The notes beneath the pieces are model-generated. The model was not told the DNA's origin, searched no databases, and was given only the letters and a program-made list of their open reading frames with translations. The position numbers and the translations under genes are program-made. From Octopus sinensis (taxonomy: Eukaryota), in assembly GCF_006345805.1 (NCBI RefSeq), contig NW_021836876.1, positions 1 to 36,136 of the forward strand: DNA of 36,136 nt, given 5' to 3'. Of the stretch, positions 11,244-24,262 are shown piece after piece (positions within the stretch are counted from its first letter, which is position 1; every line of letters begins with the position of its first letter).

Positions 11244-12205
11244 TATGTATACCCCTAAAAAAATTGCCATTACTCTGATAATATCGACAGAAATCAAACG
11301 AAGTTTATACTGGATAAGATATATTATACATGCAAACATTTTCAAAGGCATAAACGAAATATTAATTTTCAAATGTTATAAAAATATGTACACCCTAAAA
11401 GAAATTTGCTATAATCAATACTTTATCCCCCTTTTTTACTAATTTCAGATATTGCTGATAATTTCAATTTTAATAAATTATTTCTCCTGGTAGTTTTGCA
11501 CCGGTCATTGTTATTGCATCTGCAGGAATTCTGATTTGTGTACTGTGGTGAAAATATTCTTCATTGTGATTAAAATGGCACCAAAAGGAAAATAATTGTC
11601 TCAAAATTTGAAGAAAATTTTCTTTAATTTACATAAGAATGGCTTAGGATACAAGTTAATTAGTAAATGAATACATGTTAGCGTAAGCACAATTGCCAAA
11701 GTATTTCAGAAGTACAAAGCTACTGGACGACTAAGCAATAAACATCGTCCAGGTCGTCTTCCCATTTTAACCGCACGTGATATTCGCCGCATCCAACGTT
11801 ACGTAATGGGCGACAGGCGTCGTGCGGTCTCTGTTAGTGGAATGAGTGTATCCGCCCAAACAGTTCGCCAAAGTTTTAACCAGTGTGGTCTTCATAGACG
11901 CATTCCTCAGAGGAAGCCTCTCCTCACTACCAGACATAAATCAAGTCGTCTTTCTTTTGCCGAAACCTATGTGAGTAAGGGAAAGGTGTTTTGGAATAAA
12001 ATTGTTTTTTTCTGACGAGACTGAAATCAACTTGTTTGGATCAGATTGTATTAAACGAGTATGGCGACGACCAGGTGAAGATAATAGCGACAAATGCATC
12101 GTGAAACACGGTGGCGGAAATGTTATACTTTGGGGATGCACGAGTGCTGCTGGTGTTGGAAGACTCACATTTATTGAAAGAACAATGGATTCAAGACTTT
12201 ATTGA
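11244..12205 (+). mobile_element. Truncated Tc1-like DNA transposon (left end plus 5' two-thirds of transposase)
   Basis: Contains Tc1 transposase pseudogene; duplicated left-end motif at 11244 and 11385; right TIR not found. Confidence 0.85.
11575..12205 (+). pseudogene. Tc1 (DD34E-type) transposase pseudogene
   Basis: MAPKGK*LSQNLKK..HKNGLGYKLISK..STIAKVFQKYK..RPGR; [34 protein letters not shown]; stops, frameshift, truncated before second catalytic Asp. Confidence 0.9.
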
Positions 12206-12279
12206 GAGAATAATGGCGTCAAGGCTTTATTACAGAAAACATTGTTGAAAAGCATCAAGGAAGACATTTGCTCGTAAAA

Positions 12280-12520
12280 TTAACGTGTAGTCAGTTGAGC
12301 ATTCCACAGACACGCGCACCCTTAACGTTGTTCTCAAGGATTCAGCGTGTCACATAATGTGGCAGCAAGGTTGGGCCTTTGAATACAAGTACAACTCATT
12401 TTTGCCAGGAACAACGTGAAATAAAGTGTCTTGCTCACGGACAACGCATTGCCGGGAATCGAACTCGCGACCTTGCGATCGTGAGTCGAGCACCCTAATC
12501 ATTAAGCCGCGCAGCTTCAC
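12280..12520 (-). mobile_element. SINE family C variant with a different tRNA-like head
   Basis: Head gtgaagctgcgcggcttaatgattaggg..gagttcgattccc plus family C body. Confidence 0.8.
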
Positions 12521-12728
12521 TGAAATAACTAATAGCAAGTAATAAAAGTGTGAATGACAAAGCTAACCCCTGCAGTATTTTACCTCAGTCCACAGAGAAC
12601 CTGAATACCCACAGAAAGGCAATCTAGTCAACATTGTAAGAATCTTGGTCAGTTCACCATCTTACAGAACATGCTTGTCTCTTCTCTCTTTCCTCTTTTA
12701 ATTTACTCACCAATATACCCGTATTAAA

Positions 12729-13123
12729 TCTTTATATATAAAAGAGAGGTTGTGTGCTGTCTGTCTCCTACGATTTAGATTCCTAACTACTCCCACATTT
12801 TGCGGTGCAGTTTAACCAAAACCGGGTATCTTATAGTCGTGATTCATATCGAGCCCTTCTGGGTATTAGCGCACGTCTACGATGAGTCTACGATTTTTAA
12901 ATAACTTTACCATCAATGTTTCTCATTTTTAATGCATTTTTGGCATATATAAGGGAAGTAACTCCCTAAAAATATATTATTAAATCTCAGAACGTAAAAA
13001 GCTACAGTAACACCCCCCCTTGTGGTTAGCCATATTGAGATGGCTATTATACTTTACATCTCTAAAAATGCTTATATAGTTATTTCCCTTACAAACCCGA
13101 GCAACGCCGGGCGATACTGCTAG
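12729..13123 (+). mobile_element. Non-autonomous Helitron (395 bp)
   Basis: 5' TC (A|TCTTTATATATAAAA), GC-rich hairpin cccgagcaacgccggg 13096-13111, 3' CTAG, inserted between A and T with no TSD. Confidence 0.9.
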
Positions 13124-13847
13124 TAATTCAAACAATCCTTTCCACCACTCGGATTGTTCATTTTTCTTTTCTACTTCGAAAATTAAAGTACTTACTGTTG
13201 CAGTATCACTCATTTCTGACCTACAATCTAGAAGTTAAAAACTAAATAAATAAATGGAAAAAGCTAGTGTAACGTTCATAACATTGATCCACCATTTCAT
13301 CTTTGAAGCAAGTATGAATGTTTATCTATAATTCCCAGTCTCTTTTCTCATGGTTTCTTGTTCAACAGATATGACACAAAAAAAATGCTTTATGACCCCA
13401 TGATGCGTATAGTCCTGAAAAATGATATAATTCCTATTGTGACAGTTTTACTTGCGACTTAATACATATAGTTCAGACCCGGATGCCATGTGTAATTTAA
13501 TTTTGAAATGCGATCTAATATGGACTCAGTATCCAGCCAATGTAATATAAACCATCCACTATAAGGAAAGAAGGATGAAGAAGAAAAGGGGAGACTTACT
13601 GAAAATAAAATGAATAATTATAGCAATATAAGCACTTTTTTAAAGACTTCTTTAGCAGTTGTATTTATCTTCTTATTACACTTCATAGATATATTCACAA
13701 ATACACAATGTGTCCGTGTCTGTATAATACAGCTATGTACGTATCAGAGAAATGTAAATAGAAAAGCGATCATTGATAAATGCATATACTAATTAAATAA
13801 GGGTAAATAGCACAGTATCAGAATAGTCGTCCTGTTATATTGTGTAT

Positions 13848-14345
13848 TGTGGAGATGCAATGGCTCATTGGTTAGGGCAGTGAAATTGCGGTTGTAGGAT
13901 CGCGGTTTCGATTCCCAGACCGGGCATTGCGAGTGTTTATTGAGCGAAAACACTTAAAGATCCATAAGGCTCGAGCAGGGGGAGGTGGTGAACGCTGTAC
14001 TTTTTCACCACAACTTTCTCTCACTCTTTCTTCCTGTTTCTGTTGTAACTGTATTTCAAAGGGCCAGCATTGTCACACTCTGTGTCACGCTGAATCTCTC
14101 CGAGAACTACGTTAAGGGTACACGTGTCTGTGGAATGCTCAGCCACTTGCACGTTAATAAATGAGCTGCGACGTCACTGGTGCCAAGCTGTATCGGCCTT
14201 TGCCTTTCCCTTGGATAACATCGGTGGCTTGGAAAGGAGAAGTCAGTATGCATAGGCGACTGCTGGTCTTTCATAAACAACCTTGAGCAGACTTGTGCCT
14301 CGGAGGGTAACTTTCTAGGTGCAATCCCATGGTCATTCATGATCG
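13848..14345 (+). mobile_element. SINE family C with alternative 3' tail
   Basis: Head and body match 7258-7616; sequence diverges after gcacgttaa into an unrelated ~190-bp tail. Confidence 0.85.
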
Positions 14346-14441
14346 AATGGGGTCACAACGCAACAATATTAATGTATTTCACTGTTGTAGTAGGTATGTC
14401 AAGTTTCGGAGTTCAAATTCTAGTTCCTTTTTTTTCATCAT

Positions 14442-14806
14442 AAGTCGCAAGCGTGGCTGTATGGTAAGAAACTAACTTCCAAACCACATAGTTCCTGGTT
14501 CAGTTCCACGGCGTGGCACATTAGGTATGTGTCTTCTACAATAGCCTTGGGTCGACCAAAGCCTTGTGAGTGGATTTGATAGACGGAAACTGAAAGAAGT
14601 GCGTCGTGTGTGTGTGTGTGCTTCTGTCTGTGTTGCCTCCCTACCACCACCGCTTGGCAATCGGTGTTGGTGTGTTTACGTCCCCATACCTCAGCGGTTC
14701 GGCATAAGAGACCGATAGAATAGGAACCAGGCTTTAAAAAAATTCTTCGAGTCGGTGCTCCAGCATGGTCGCAGTCTCATGACAGAAACAAGTAAAGGAT
14801 AAAAGA
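14442..14806 (+). mobile_element. SINE family A, full length
   Basis: Head, (TG)n, tail. Confidence 0.88.
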
Positions 14807-14905
14807 TAGGGAAATTAGTAAATTAACTTCAATAAAATTAGCCGAAGTATTTTCACTTTTCTGTATTCTTTCATAAAACTGGACCAGGGAAAGCAATTAT
14901 TCACA

Positions 14906-15290
14906 CACAGGCATAGCTGTGTCGGTGCAGGAACGTCTGTGTAGCTATGAAGCTCGCTTTGGGACCATGTGGCTTAGGGTTCGATCCTACTTGAGAAAGC
15001 GTCATTAGCCCAGGGCTGACCATCGTCTCGTGAGTGAATTTGGTAGACGAAACGGTATGGAGACCCGTCGTGTGTGTGTGTGTGTGTGTGTGTGTGCATA
15101 GTGTGTGTAGATGTCTGGTGTTGGTTTGCTTGCGTCCCTTTATGCTAGAAGTTCGGTAAAAGAGATCGACAGGATAAGTTCAAGATTTTAAAAAGCAAGT
15201 ACTGAGATCGATTTGTTTGACTAAAACCTGTCAAAATGTTGCCCCTGCATGACCGCAGTCCCATAACTGAAGCAAAAATTAAGACCAAAA
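14906..15290 (+). mobile_element. SINE family A, diverged
   Basis: ggttcgatcc head, gtgagtgaatttggtagacg, (TG)n, tail. Confidence 0.78.
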
Positions 15291-15440
15291 ATTATTTACA
15301 TCAGAAAGGTGCTTTTTTTCTTATGAAAATCCCTATTTTTTTTTACGCCATTTTTCGGTGTATTTCAACCAGAAAAATGTTCACTTAAAGAGAATAACAG
15401 CTACATAATGTAAAATTTTTACTTTTCAAAAAAGATTGAA

Positions 15441-15840
15441 ACTATGTCAAAACACAGAGGAGACAAACAAGAACAGACAGACGGATTAAGTCGATTATAT
15501 ATCGACCCCAGTGCGTAACTGGTACTTAATTTATCGACCCCGAAAGGATGAAAGGCAAAGTCGATCTCGGCGGAATTTGAACTCAGAACGTAACGACAGA
15601 CGAAATACCTATTTCTTTATTACCCACAAGTGGTTAAACACAGAGAGGACAAACAAGGACAGACAAAGGGATTAAGTCGATTACATCGACCCAGTGCGTA
15701 ACTGGTACCTAATTTATCGACCCCGAAAGGATGAAAGGCAAAGTCGACCTCGGCGGAATTTGAACTCAGAACGTAACGGCAGACGAAATACGGCTACGCA
15801 TTTCGCCCGGCGTGCTAACGTTTCTGCCAGCTCGCCACCT
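15441..15840 (-). mobile_element. SINE family B tandem dimer (full copy 15609-15840 plus headless copy 15441-15608)
   Basis: Head ggtggcgagctggcagaaacgttagc..gagttcaaattcc; box gcctttcatcctttcggggtcgataaa occurs twice, CpGs intact. Confidence 0.9.
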
Positions 15841-17269
15841 TAACAGAGGTAATAATAATGAAGAACATAGATATTATATGTTTCATTGTGCAGCAAAATA
15901 GCTTTCATATGCTTCATTGTCAATAACGTAGCTATCATATGCCTCTAATCTGTTTACTGTACAGCAACATAATATAGATTATACATAAGGTATTTGATAC
16001 CCTACGCGTCTACCACCATTAAAACCAACGGCTCCACCATTAAGTTTCATTTCAGCGATATCATTGGATAATTTGAACATCTTTTCCTGTTTATAATTGT
16101 CATTTGAAGTTGCGACAGTTGATATGTCTCACTTCCTACGTAGTTTTTAAATTTAGGTAGTAAAATGAAACTTTAGATTTAACAAAAGCCTGAACTTCTG
16201 TTAAAATTGCATATAAGGGGAAAAAGATAAATATCATTGGCAGAAATGTGTCACCAATAAATTCAACAGTTCGTCAGTTCTATAACAAAGTTAACATTGT
16301 GTGACCGGCATTCCAAACATGACTGTCTCGCCTTATTTTTATTCCTTCTCTTTCTTTTTTGTACATTTTCGTTTCAGAACTACTATATCAAATATATTTA
16401 TCCATTTTTGAAAAGCAGTAGTATACTATTCGAAGTAAGTTTGGCCGCCGTTTATAGCAAGTTGAACAACCGTGTGAGACTCCTTAATTAGAGCTGAACT
16501 GGAGCACGCAATGACAACAGCAAAATTTCACCACAACACTAATAACAACAGCATTTATATTATAGCAAAGTTGTTTCGAAGAAATTCCTAACATTAATGG
16601 TAGTTTGAACATGAAAATAGCAGTCATTATTTTATCATTTTCTTTCAAACTTTAAAATCTCTGCCGCCCTAACACCTCGCCATTCCATTTCTTTGTAACA
16701 TCATAACGTATTAAGATCGCGCATTCATTTTCGTTTGAAAACTAATTCTCCGGTTATATTTTATCGTCTGTTAGAAATGTTTTTTAATGCTTTAAGGTTG
16801 TTAGATATTTGTTTGACATTCTCGCACATATTTTAGAGTCACGAGGAAAAAAAATACAATTATGGTACTGTGAAAGTTGGTCACGAATTCGTCTTGTATC
16901 TCATGCTGTTTCTCCTGATATCTCCGAATATCCTTTTACAACGTAGAAACAGAATAAAAACCCCATCCCATATGGTAATCATTGAAGACAGAGCTTAGGG
17001 TTTTAAGAAGAAATGGCGGGGGGGGGAGGCAACAAAGGAAGAGAGAGAAAAGGATAGAAAAATATGGCGGGAAAGAGATTAGTTGCGGTACCTAATTTGA
17101 GTCGGGGTAGGGCGCTGTTCGTTTTACTTGCTGCTTACTCGTTGACAAATCGACATTTTCAGATTATCTTTTCCCTTAAATCATGTCTGGGTGACGTAAC
17201 ATTATCTTCGCCATATCGTAATTTTGTCATACTTTCTCCCTATTCGTCTTCCATTTAAGCACACATACG

Positions 17270-17323
17270 TATATGTAAATACACACACACGCGCATGCAC
17301 ACACACACACACACACACACACA

Positions 17324-17358
<35 letters not shown>

Positions 17359-17453
17359 AGTATAGATATACACATGCATATACATTATAATATCTGTATA
17401 TGTGTATGTATGTATGTATATATAGAAAAATAGATAGATAGATATACATAGAT

Positions 17454-17528
<75 letters not shown>

Positions 17529-17716
17529 AGCACACAATGCTTCTGTGCATGTTATCTGCGTATGTACATACATAAGCATATTTAAAAATACATACATACA
17601 TACATACATATATGCAGACATACATACATACATACATACATACATACATACATACATACATACATACATACATACATACATACATACATGCATACATACA
17701 TACATACATACATACA

Positions 17717-17749
<33 letters not shown>

Positions 17750-17770
17750 GCAGACATACATACATATACT
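17270..17770. repeat. Compound microsatellite (CA)n/(TA)n/(TACA)n
   Basis: Direct reading. Confidence 0.95.
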
Positions 17771-18094
17771 CAAAGGGTTTTCGCGCTTAAGTTGTTTACA
17801 CTTCTTTTACAGCCCAAACCTCGGCTCACTGTCTCACTTGAATCTAATTGTATAGGTTCATAAGGATTATAGTTACAATTTGTACGGCTAGGAGGCGCTG
17901 AAACGGAATGTATTGGGTTACAAACGTCTGTTGAGTTGATAGTTTTTTGTAAAACATAATGAAATACAACAGCATTAACAGACATTCCATGTTTCCTTCA
18001 AATCTTTCTTGCTTTAAATTGACTCCTTCTATATTTTTCTTTAACTCAAAAGTTATGTAACTATACTACAAAGCCCAGTTAAAACTGCTCTGCT

Positions 18095-18500
18095 CTTCAC
18101 CTTCTTGGTTCACATCATATGAAAGTCGATTTGTCTCCCATCTTCTCTGGGTCGGGAAAATAATGTACCAATCAAGAAATCGATTATTATGTACCAATCA
18201 AGAAATCGATTATTTTCCTCCTACCAACCTCACAACCAAATTTGAGACCTTGTGTCTACATTAGAAATCCTTCTTTCAACTCGCATCCCTGACCTCTGAC
18301 CTTTTATTGTCTTCTCTTGGCCATTTCTCTTTCACATCTCAATTCACCATCACCTCCAATATCATCCCTTCTCACAACCCTCCAACAACTTCAATTTCTT
18401 TCTCGTTCTCATGTCTTTAACTCAAATTACACCAATGCTTTTCGTCCTTTCTTCACTCTCGACAAAGGACGAAGACTCGAAACGTCAGACGCTACATTCA
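18095..18500 (+). mobile_element. Possible decayed PLE 3' end (GIY-YIG tail-like frame, pyrimidine tract, HHR remnant)
   Basis: Frame IIFLLPTSQPNL resembles PLE LIFxLxTxxP; C/T-rich tract; ctcGAAACGTC at about 18476-18486; 26-bp tandem duplication 18163-18214. Confidence 0.4.
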
Positions 18501-18550
18501 TTAATATTGCCCTAAAATTCTTTATGTCATAATCTTTCAGTTATTTTTCT

Positions 18551-18843
18551 TTCGTTTGATATAGCAGCCAAGTCACTTAGAAATTACATTCTACCGTTTT
18601 ATAAAAAGGGACACATTGAATAACGTACTTCTAGGTACATCGTGTCTGGAGAAAAGTCATTATAATCATCTCTGGAAGTCCTTAATCATATATTTGTTCA
18701 ATCAACACTGAGCTGAGCCTAGCCTGAAATTTGGGGTAGAGGAATAGTCGATTACATATAGACTCCAGTGCCCAACTAGTACTTATTTTATCGACCCCGA
18801 AAGGGTGAAAGGCAAAGTCTACCTCGCCAGAATTTGAACTCGG
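18551..18843 (+). repeat. Left arm of ~293-bp inverted duplication
   Basis: Reverse complement of 20562-20853, including the same junction between a SINE B tail and a second repeat. Confidence 0.9.
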
Positions 18844-18916
18844 AACGTAAGGACGGACGAAATGCTGCTAAGCATTTTGCCCGACGTGCTCACGGTTCTA
18901 CCAGGTCGCCACCTCA
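18725..18916 (-). mobile_element. SINE family B
   Basis: ttttatcgaccccgaaagggtgaaaggcaaagtc..gaatttgaactc..ccaggtcgccacc. Confidence 0.85.
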
Positions 18917-20561
18917 TATAACATCAACAATGATAACAATCAAAATCAAATTCGGCAGAGCCTCTTCGCAGTCGTCCAATTTGCTGGAAAAAGCAGCTAA
19001 ATCTCCTTAATTTCTTCCCCGTGTTGTACTATCAAAATGAAGAATGCGTTGGACAACGTTATCAAATACACAAAAAAAGTCAGTATGGTCATGAGTGGAA
19101 TGCTTCTTATCATGTGACCGGTTGATCATTGCTGAATTGATGTTAAACAACAGCAATGACAACAAATACAACAAATATTAAGTCTCAAATTAAGCATATT
19201 TGAACTTACTAATAAACCAAAAGTCGTAGACGTAATCCATCGCCCCGTTGAGAAACACCACCAGGTCCTTGAATGCCTGTAGCGGTGTCTACTCTGTGGC
19301 AAACATTAGTCTCCGGTTTGGCTTTCCACCAGTTCGGGAAGTCCCTTTAAATGGTCATGGGCACCACCGTTCTTACTGCCAAAGCAACAAAAAGAAACAT
19401 GCCAAGTAGTTAACTCTATAAAATTCCATCCACAAAATAGACAGGAAATTTGAAGAGCAACAAAACTCATACTGGAAACTCTTCCGATTCAGCTGCATCT
19501 ATAGACCATAAATCAGAAATCCATTATAGATAATAATCTCTCGAATGTCAACTGCTAAATACATCAACTTAAAAGTCCCTGTTTAAGATCCACGATACTA
19601 TACTTTCCCTTGTGAATGACGGAAGCTGATACATATATATATATTTATGTTCTAAATACATGAATATACCAGACATCTCGCAATATCAACCGCCAACATT
19701 AACAGAATTTTTAGCAATTTTCTGATTAACTGTGTATACTACCAACACTTGCTTTTTCTTTCATTCAGTTAAAACCAGCGACAATTTAGTAAGCGAGTTT
19801 ATAAATCGTTTACGTACTCGGCGTCTATCTTACTCTACTACTGATTTACTTCAATCTCGGTACCCGGTTTTTTCTTCCTTTTTTCTTTCTTAACTGAACG
19901 AAGAATAAGCTCAAAAGCCTTGTCGTCAAAAGAATTAAAAACGCTGCCTCTTCACTCTCTCATTCCCTGTCTTCCCCTCTCTCACCACTACCTCTCTCTG
20001 TCTCTGTCTGTCTCTCTCTATCTCTATCTCTCTATTTATCTGTCTCCTGGGCACACATAAACACACAGATTAAAACATGTACACAATTACAGTGTGTTTC
20101 GATGTGTTGAAATGTTTCACATTGTGATAAAAAAAAAAAAAACTGCTAATTAGTTTGCATAAATATTTTCTCGGCTGAGAGACAAGCTCTGGAAATGCTG
20201 AGGAAGCTTTTTCAGCATGTCAAAAGAAAAATGATACAAATTTATTGCCTTTTTAATATTTTATTATGTCTATACTTGAATTACCAAATTAATGATGATA
20301 ACATATTTATGACATGATGCGCTAAAAATCAACCAAGAAATATATACCTGGAAGAGAAACACGTGATATTAATGCTAATAAATTACAAATAATAATTGTA
20401 TTTTTCTGACAAGTATAGGAGACAACCCTGAGCATGTTTCAGATTTATTTTGACGTCATCAGCTAAACAACAAAGCCTTCACTGTAGTCGTTGAAGCAAT
20501 ATGACCGTATCACTAAATAAGAGTTCAAGATTGAACATGTATTTCTCTGTGTCCCTTTTTG

Positions 20562-20853
20562 CCGAGTTCAAATTCTGGCGAGGTCGACTTCGCCTTTCTC
20601 CTTTCGGGGTGGATAAAATAAGTATTAGTTGAGCACTGGAGTCTATATGCAATCGACTATTCCTCTACCCCAAATTTCAGGCTAGGCTCAGCTCAGTGTT
20701 AAGTGAACAAATATATGATTAAGGACTTCCAGAGATGATTATAATGACTTTTCTCCAGACACGATGTACCTAGAATTACGTTATTCCATGTGTCCCTTTT
20801 TATAAAACGGTAGAATGAAATTTCTAAGAGACTTGGCTGCTATATCAAACGAA
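20562..20853 (-). repeat. Right arm of ~293-bp inverted duplication
   Basis: Reverse complement of 18551-18843. Confidence 0.9.
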
Positions 20854-22499
20854 TCGAGCTACTGCATACATGTTTCTTAATTACTAGCATGTATTAATTA
20901 TGAATTGAAATATTAAATATTCATTTGAATTTACTGGTGGGTAAATGTGAATATGGACTAATAGTAGTTACATCAACAAGCTGTATTTCTCTTCAGAAGT
21001 TCACAAAACAAGAAAACTCTTGTTAATATGCTTTACGTGCCAAAGCAGATCATTCTTTTCTTATCTCAGATTATCGATTCTTAAAGAACGTATATAATGG
21101 ACTCTCGTGAGTAATTGATGGAATGCCGACATCTTATTCTTTCGGGAATACTTACGCGAGCAAAATTAGGTTTGTTACTGAAAGACACGGAATAAAAAAC
21201 GAGAAAGAATAAAGTGGACGCGAGGGTCTGATACCTTATACATCTGGTCATCTGGTAACAAAATATACGACGTTGATGCGTGATATAAGGAGCGTTAATG
21301 CTACTTCACTGGAGAGGGCTAAGCGTCCTACTAAGATAAGAGAATCGTGTACCAAATTCATGCCGGCATGTTGCTGCTGGAAGTGGGTGAATTATGAAAA
21401 CCAACGATCAGAGACACCTCATACAGGATTAGCCCATCATTATTTCTAGGTATCGTATATCTGATATATTATCCACACATATTTAACGTGTCCCAAACTG
21501 TAAAATACAAACAAGAAATATTTTTTTGTAAAAAAAATATTTCTTCCTTCCTCTTATTTATGGAGCAGACAAAATAACATTTTGCCACTATATAATTTTA
21601 CTACCTTTACTCTGGACAAGTTTCAAAAGTTTATTTTAATCTCCTTAAACCCGGAAATGTCTCTGCTCATGTTTTAATCCTCATAGGCCACCGCCACCCC
21701 TATGAGAAAATCACTGCCTTAAAGCACACCTTCCGTCTTTAAAAGAAAAAGCAAAAGCGGTTATCAAAGATTATAAGAGGATAATATATCAGATACACGA
21801 TGCCTGGAAATAAAATAGATGATCCTAGCTGGGACATTTTTGATAATAGGTGATCTTATTCGGGGTGGAACAGGGGCCAAACAACAGCAATAAAAACACG
21901 TCATTCTAAATCTATGAAATCGTTCGCTCTTTTCTGACTTTGTATAACATTAATCCGTCTCACAAATGAAATAGCATTACGCCTCTTATCTGAAATCTAT
22001 TTAATCCGAATTTATTTGATCCATATTTCACTTGATCCGAATTCCATTTAGTAGAACACATCACGCCTAAAAGATTTCTAATTCTTCGCTAAGACCCCCG
22101 AGATTTAAACACAGTATATTAATAATTTCATTATGATCCTTACAGATGGCAACGACAACTCTATAGCGCCTGTCGTTCTCATTTCAATCAATCCTAGTTT
22201 GATCTCTCGATACACATCTCAACTAGCAAATACCTTAAGTGGTTAGATCTTATATTCCACTAAAAATAATTGAATTCAATTCTTTGGCACAGATTTAATC
22301 TGAAATCTTTCAAATTTTCTTGTCTTTTATTGCTTAAATTTTTATTCAAAACAAAGTATCTCTCTTTTTTGGTGTTGTTGTTGTTTTAACGTCTACTTGT
22401 GTACTTCAAAATGTCCGCCTTTGTTTCAAAATACATCAGTGTTTATGCTTCTGTGTCTTTGTACACACACATACACATAACATTTTGTATATGGATACA

Positions 22500-22542
22500 T
22501 ATTATAAGTGTATGTATGTGTACACACACACACACACACACG

Positions 22543-22578
<36 letters not shown>

Positions 22579-22695
22579 CATATATTTATATATATATATA
22601 TACATACATATATTTATATATATATATATACATATATATATACATATATATATATACATACATACATACATATATATACACACACATATATATAT

Positions 22696-22747
<52 letters not shown>

Positions 22748-22765
22748 GGGTGTGTGTGTGTGTAG
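22500..22765. repeat. Compound (CA)n/(TA)n microsatellite
   Basis: Direct reading. Confidence 0.95.
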
Positions 22766-23144
22766 AAATATATATCTGCCTGTATATATGTAAGTGTGTA
22801 TGCATGCATGTCCGTAGATAGGTATGCATGTATGTATAAGTTTACTTACTGTATATATTACGTGCATGAATGCGTGTATATGTAAATGTGTGAGTGCGCG
22901 CGTGCGTGCATGTTTGTGTACGTGCGTGTAAAAACGAGTAAAACCTCTTCGTTAATGTTTGTTTCCTCGAAACTTTACTTTGTTTTCTTTTTGTTTTTGT
23001 CTTTTTTGTCTTTGTCTTTTTTTTGTTTTGTTTTTACTTTTTTTCATTTCTTCTTCAGAGATTAAAAACCCCACCAAAAAAAATACATACAGTACATCTC
23101 TACAAACGTCTGTCCATATACTCACATACATAACTACGTACATA

Positions 23145-23285
<141 letters not shown>

Positions 23286-23783
23286 AGGGTTGGCTTTGCG
23301 TGTGTGTTTACTGCCATCCCTAATTTTATAATGCAACTTGTTCCTTGTGAATTTGTGGACAAAATCCTTTTAAGCGCTGATAAGAACAAGATAAATAGAA
23401 TTAAAATATTAGAACTCTCCAAGGCAGCTGTTAGCCTTATCAACCTTCAGCTGATTATTGTTTCACTTTCATTTCTGATTAGATAAGAACAAGATTCTGC
23501 TTTCCCGTTTTTTTTTTTTTTTTCTCTTTTCCTTTTTTATCTTTGATTCTTCAGGGTGTTTTCCTTTATCTTTGTATTTGGTAAAAAGTAAACTATAGAA
23601 CTTTTCCCTACCTATCGAGTCACTTTGTTGTTTTGTTTGTGCTGATGTGGGTGTGGGTGTTATTGTGTTTGGTGTTTTTGCTCTTGGTACATATGATCGA
23701 AGGCGCTCCAACTATGTCCATCACACTATTAGTGTATGAGGGACAACGCCGTCGAATGTATCCCCGCCTTTCTCGCTCTCTCT

Positions 23784-23820
<37 letters not shown>

Positions 23821-24231
23821 GTATGTATATATATATATATATTATATATATATATATATATACATATACATACATATAAATTTAAAGAAAACGGAGATAA
23901 CCTTGATGAACAACAATTGGTTTGTATCAATTATTATTGATTAATAGTTTACTAATTATTCATTTCAATTATTGATATATATATATATATATATATTATA
24001 AATATTAAAAAATAATTTATGCAAATCAATTGTTGTTCATCAATGTTATCGCCATTTTCTGTTTTTTTTTTCTTAAATTTTAATTCCTGATAAACTCCTG
24101 TTTGTCCTTGGCTTCACCTATGATTTATGAGCATAACATTTTTGCCCATGTTTAAAGATGGGTAATATACCAGTAGTATTTCGGATACTTTTATCCCTTA
24201 GACGGTTATTTAACCTGTAACTCAACTGACC

Positions 24232-24255
<24 letters not shown>

Positions 24256-24262
<7 letters not shown>

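Noticed and set aside
20425-20465. Minus-strand CTGATGA...GAAAC
   Set aside because: No convincing stems I or II.
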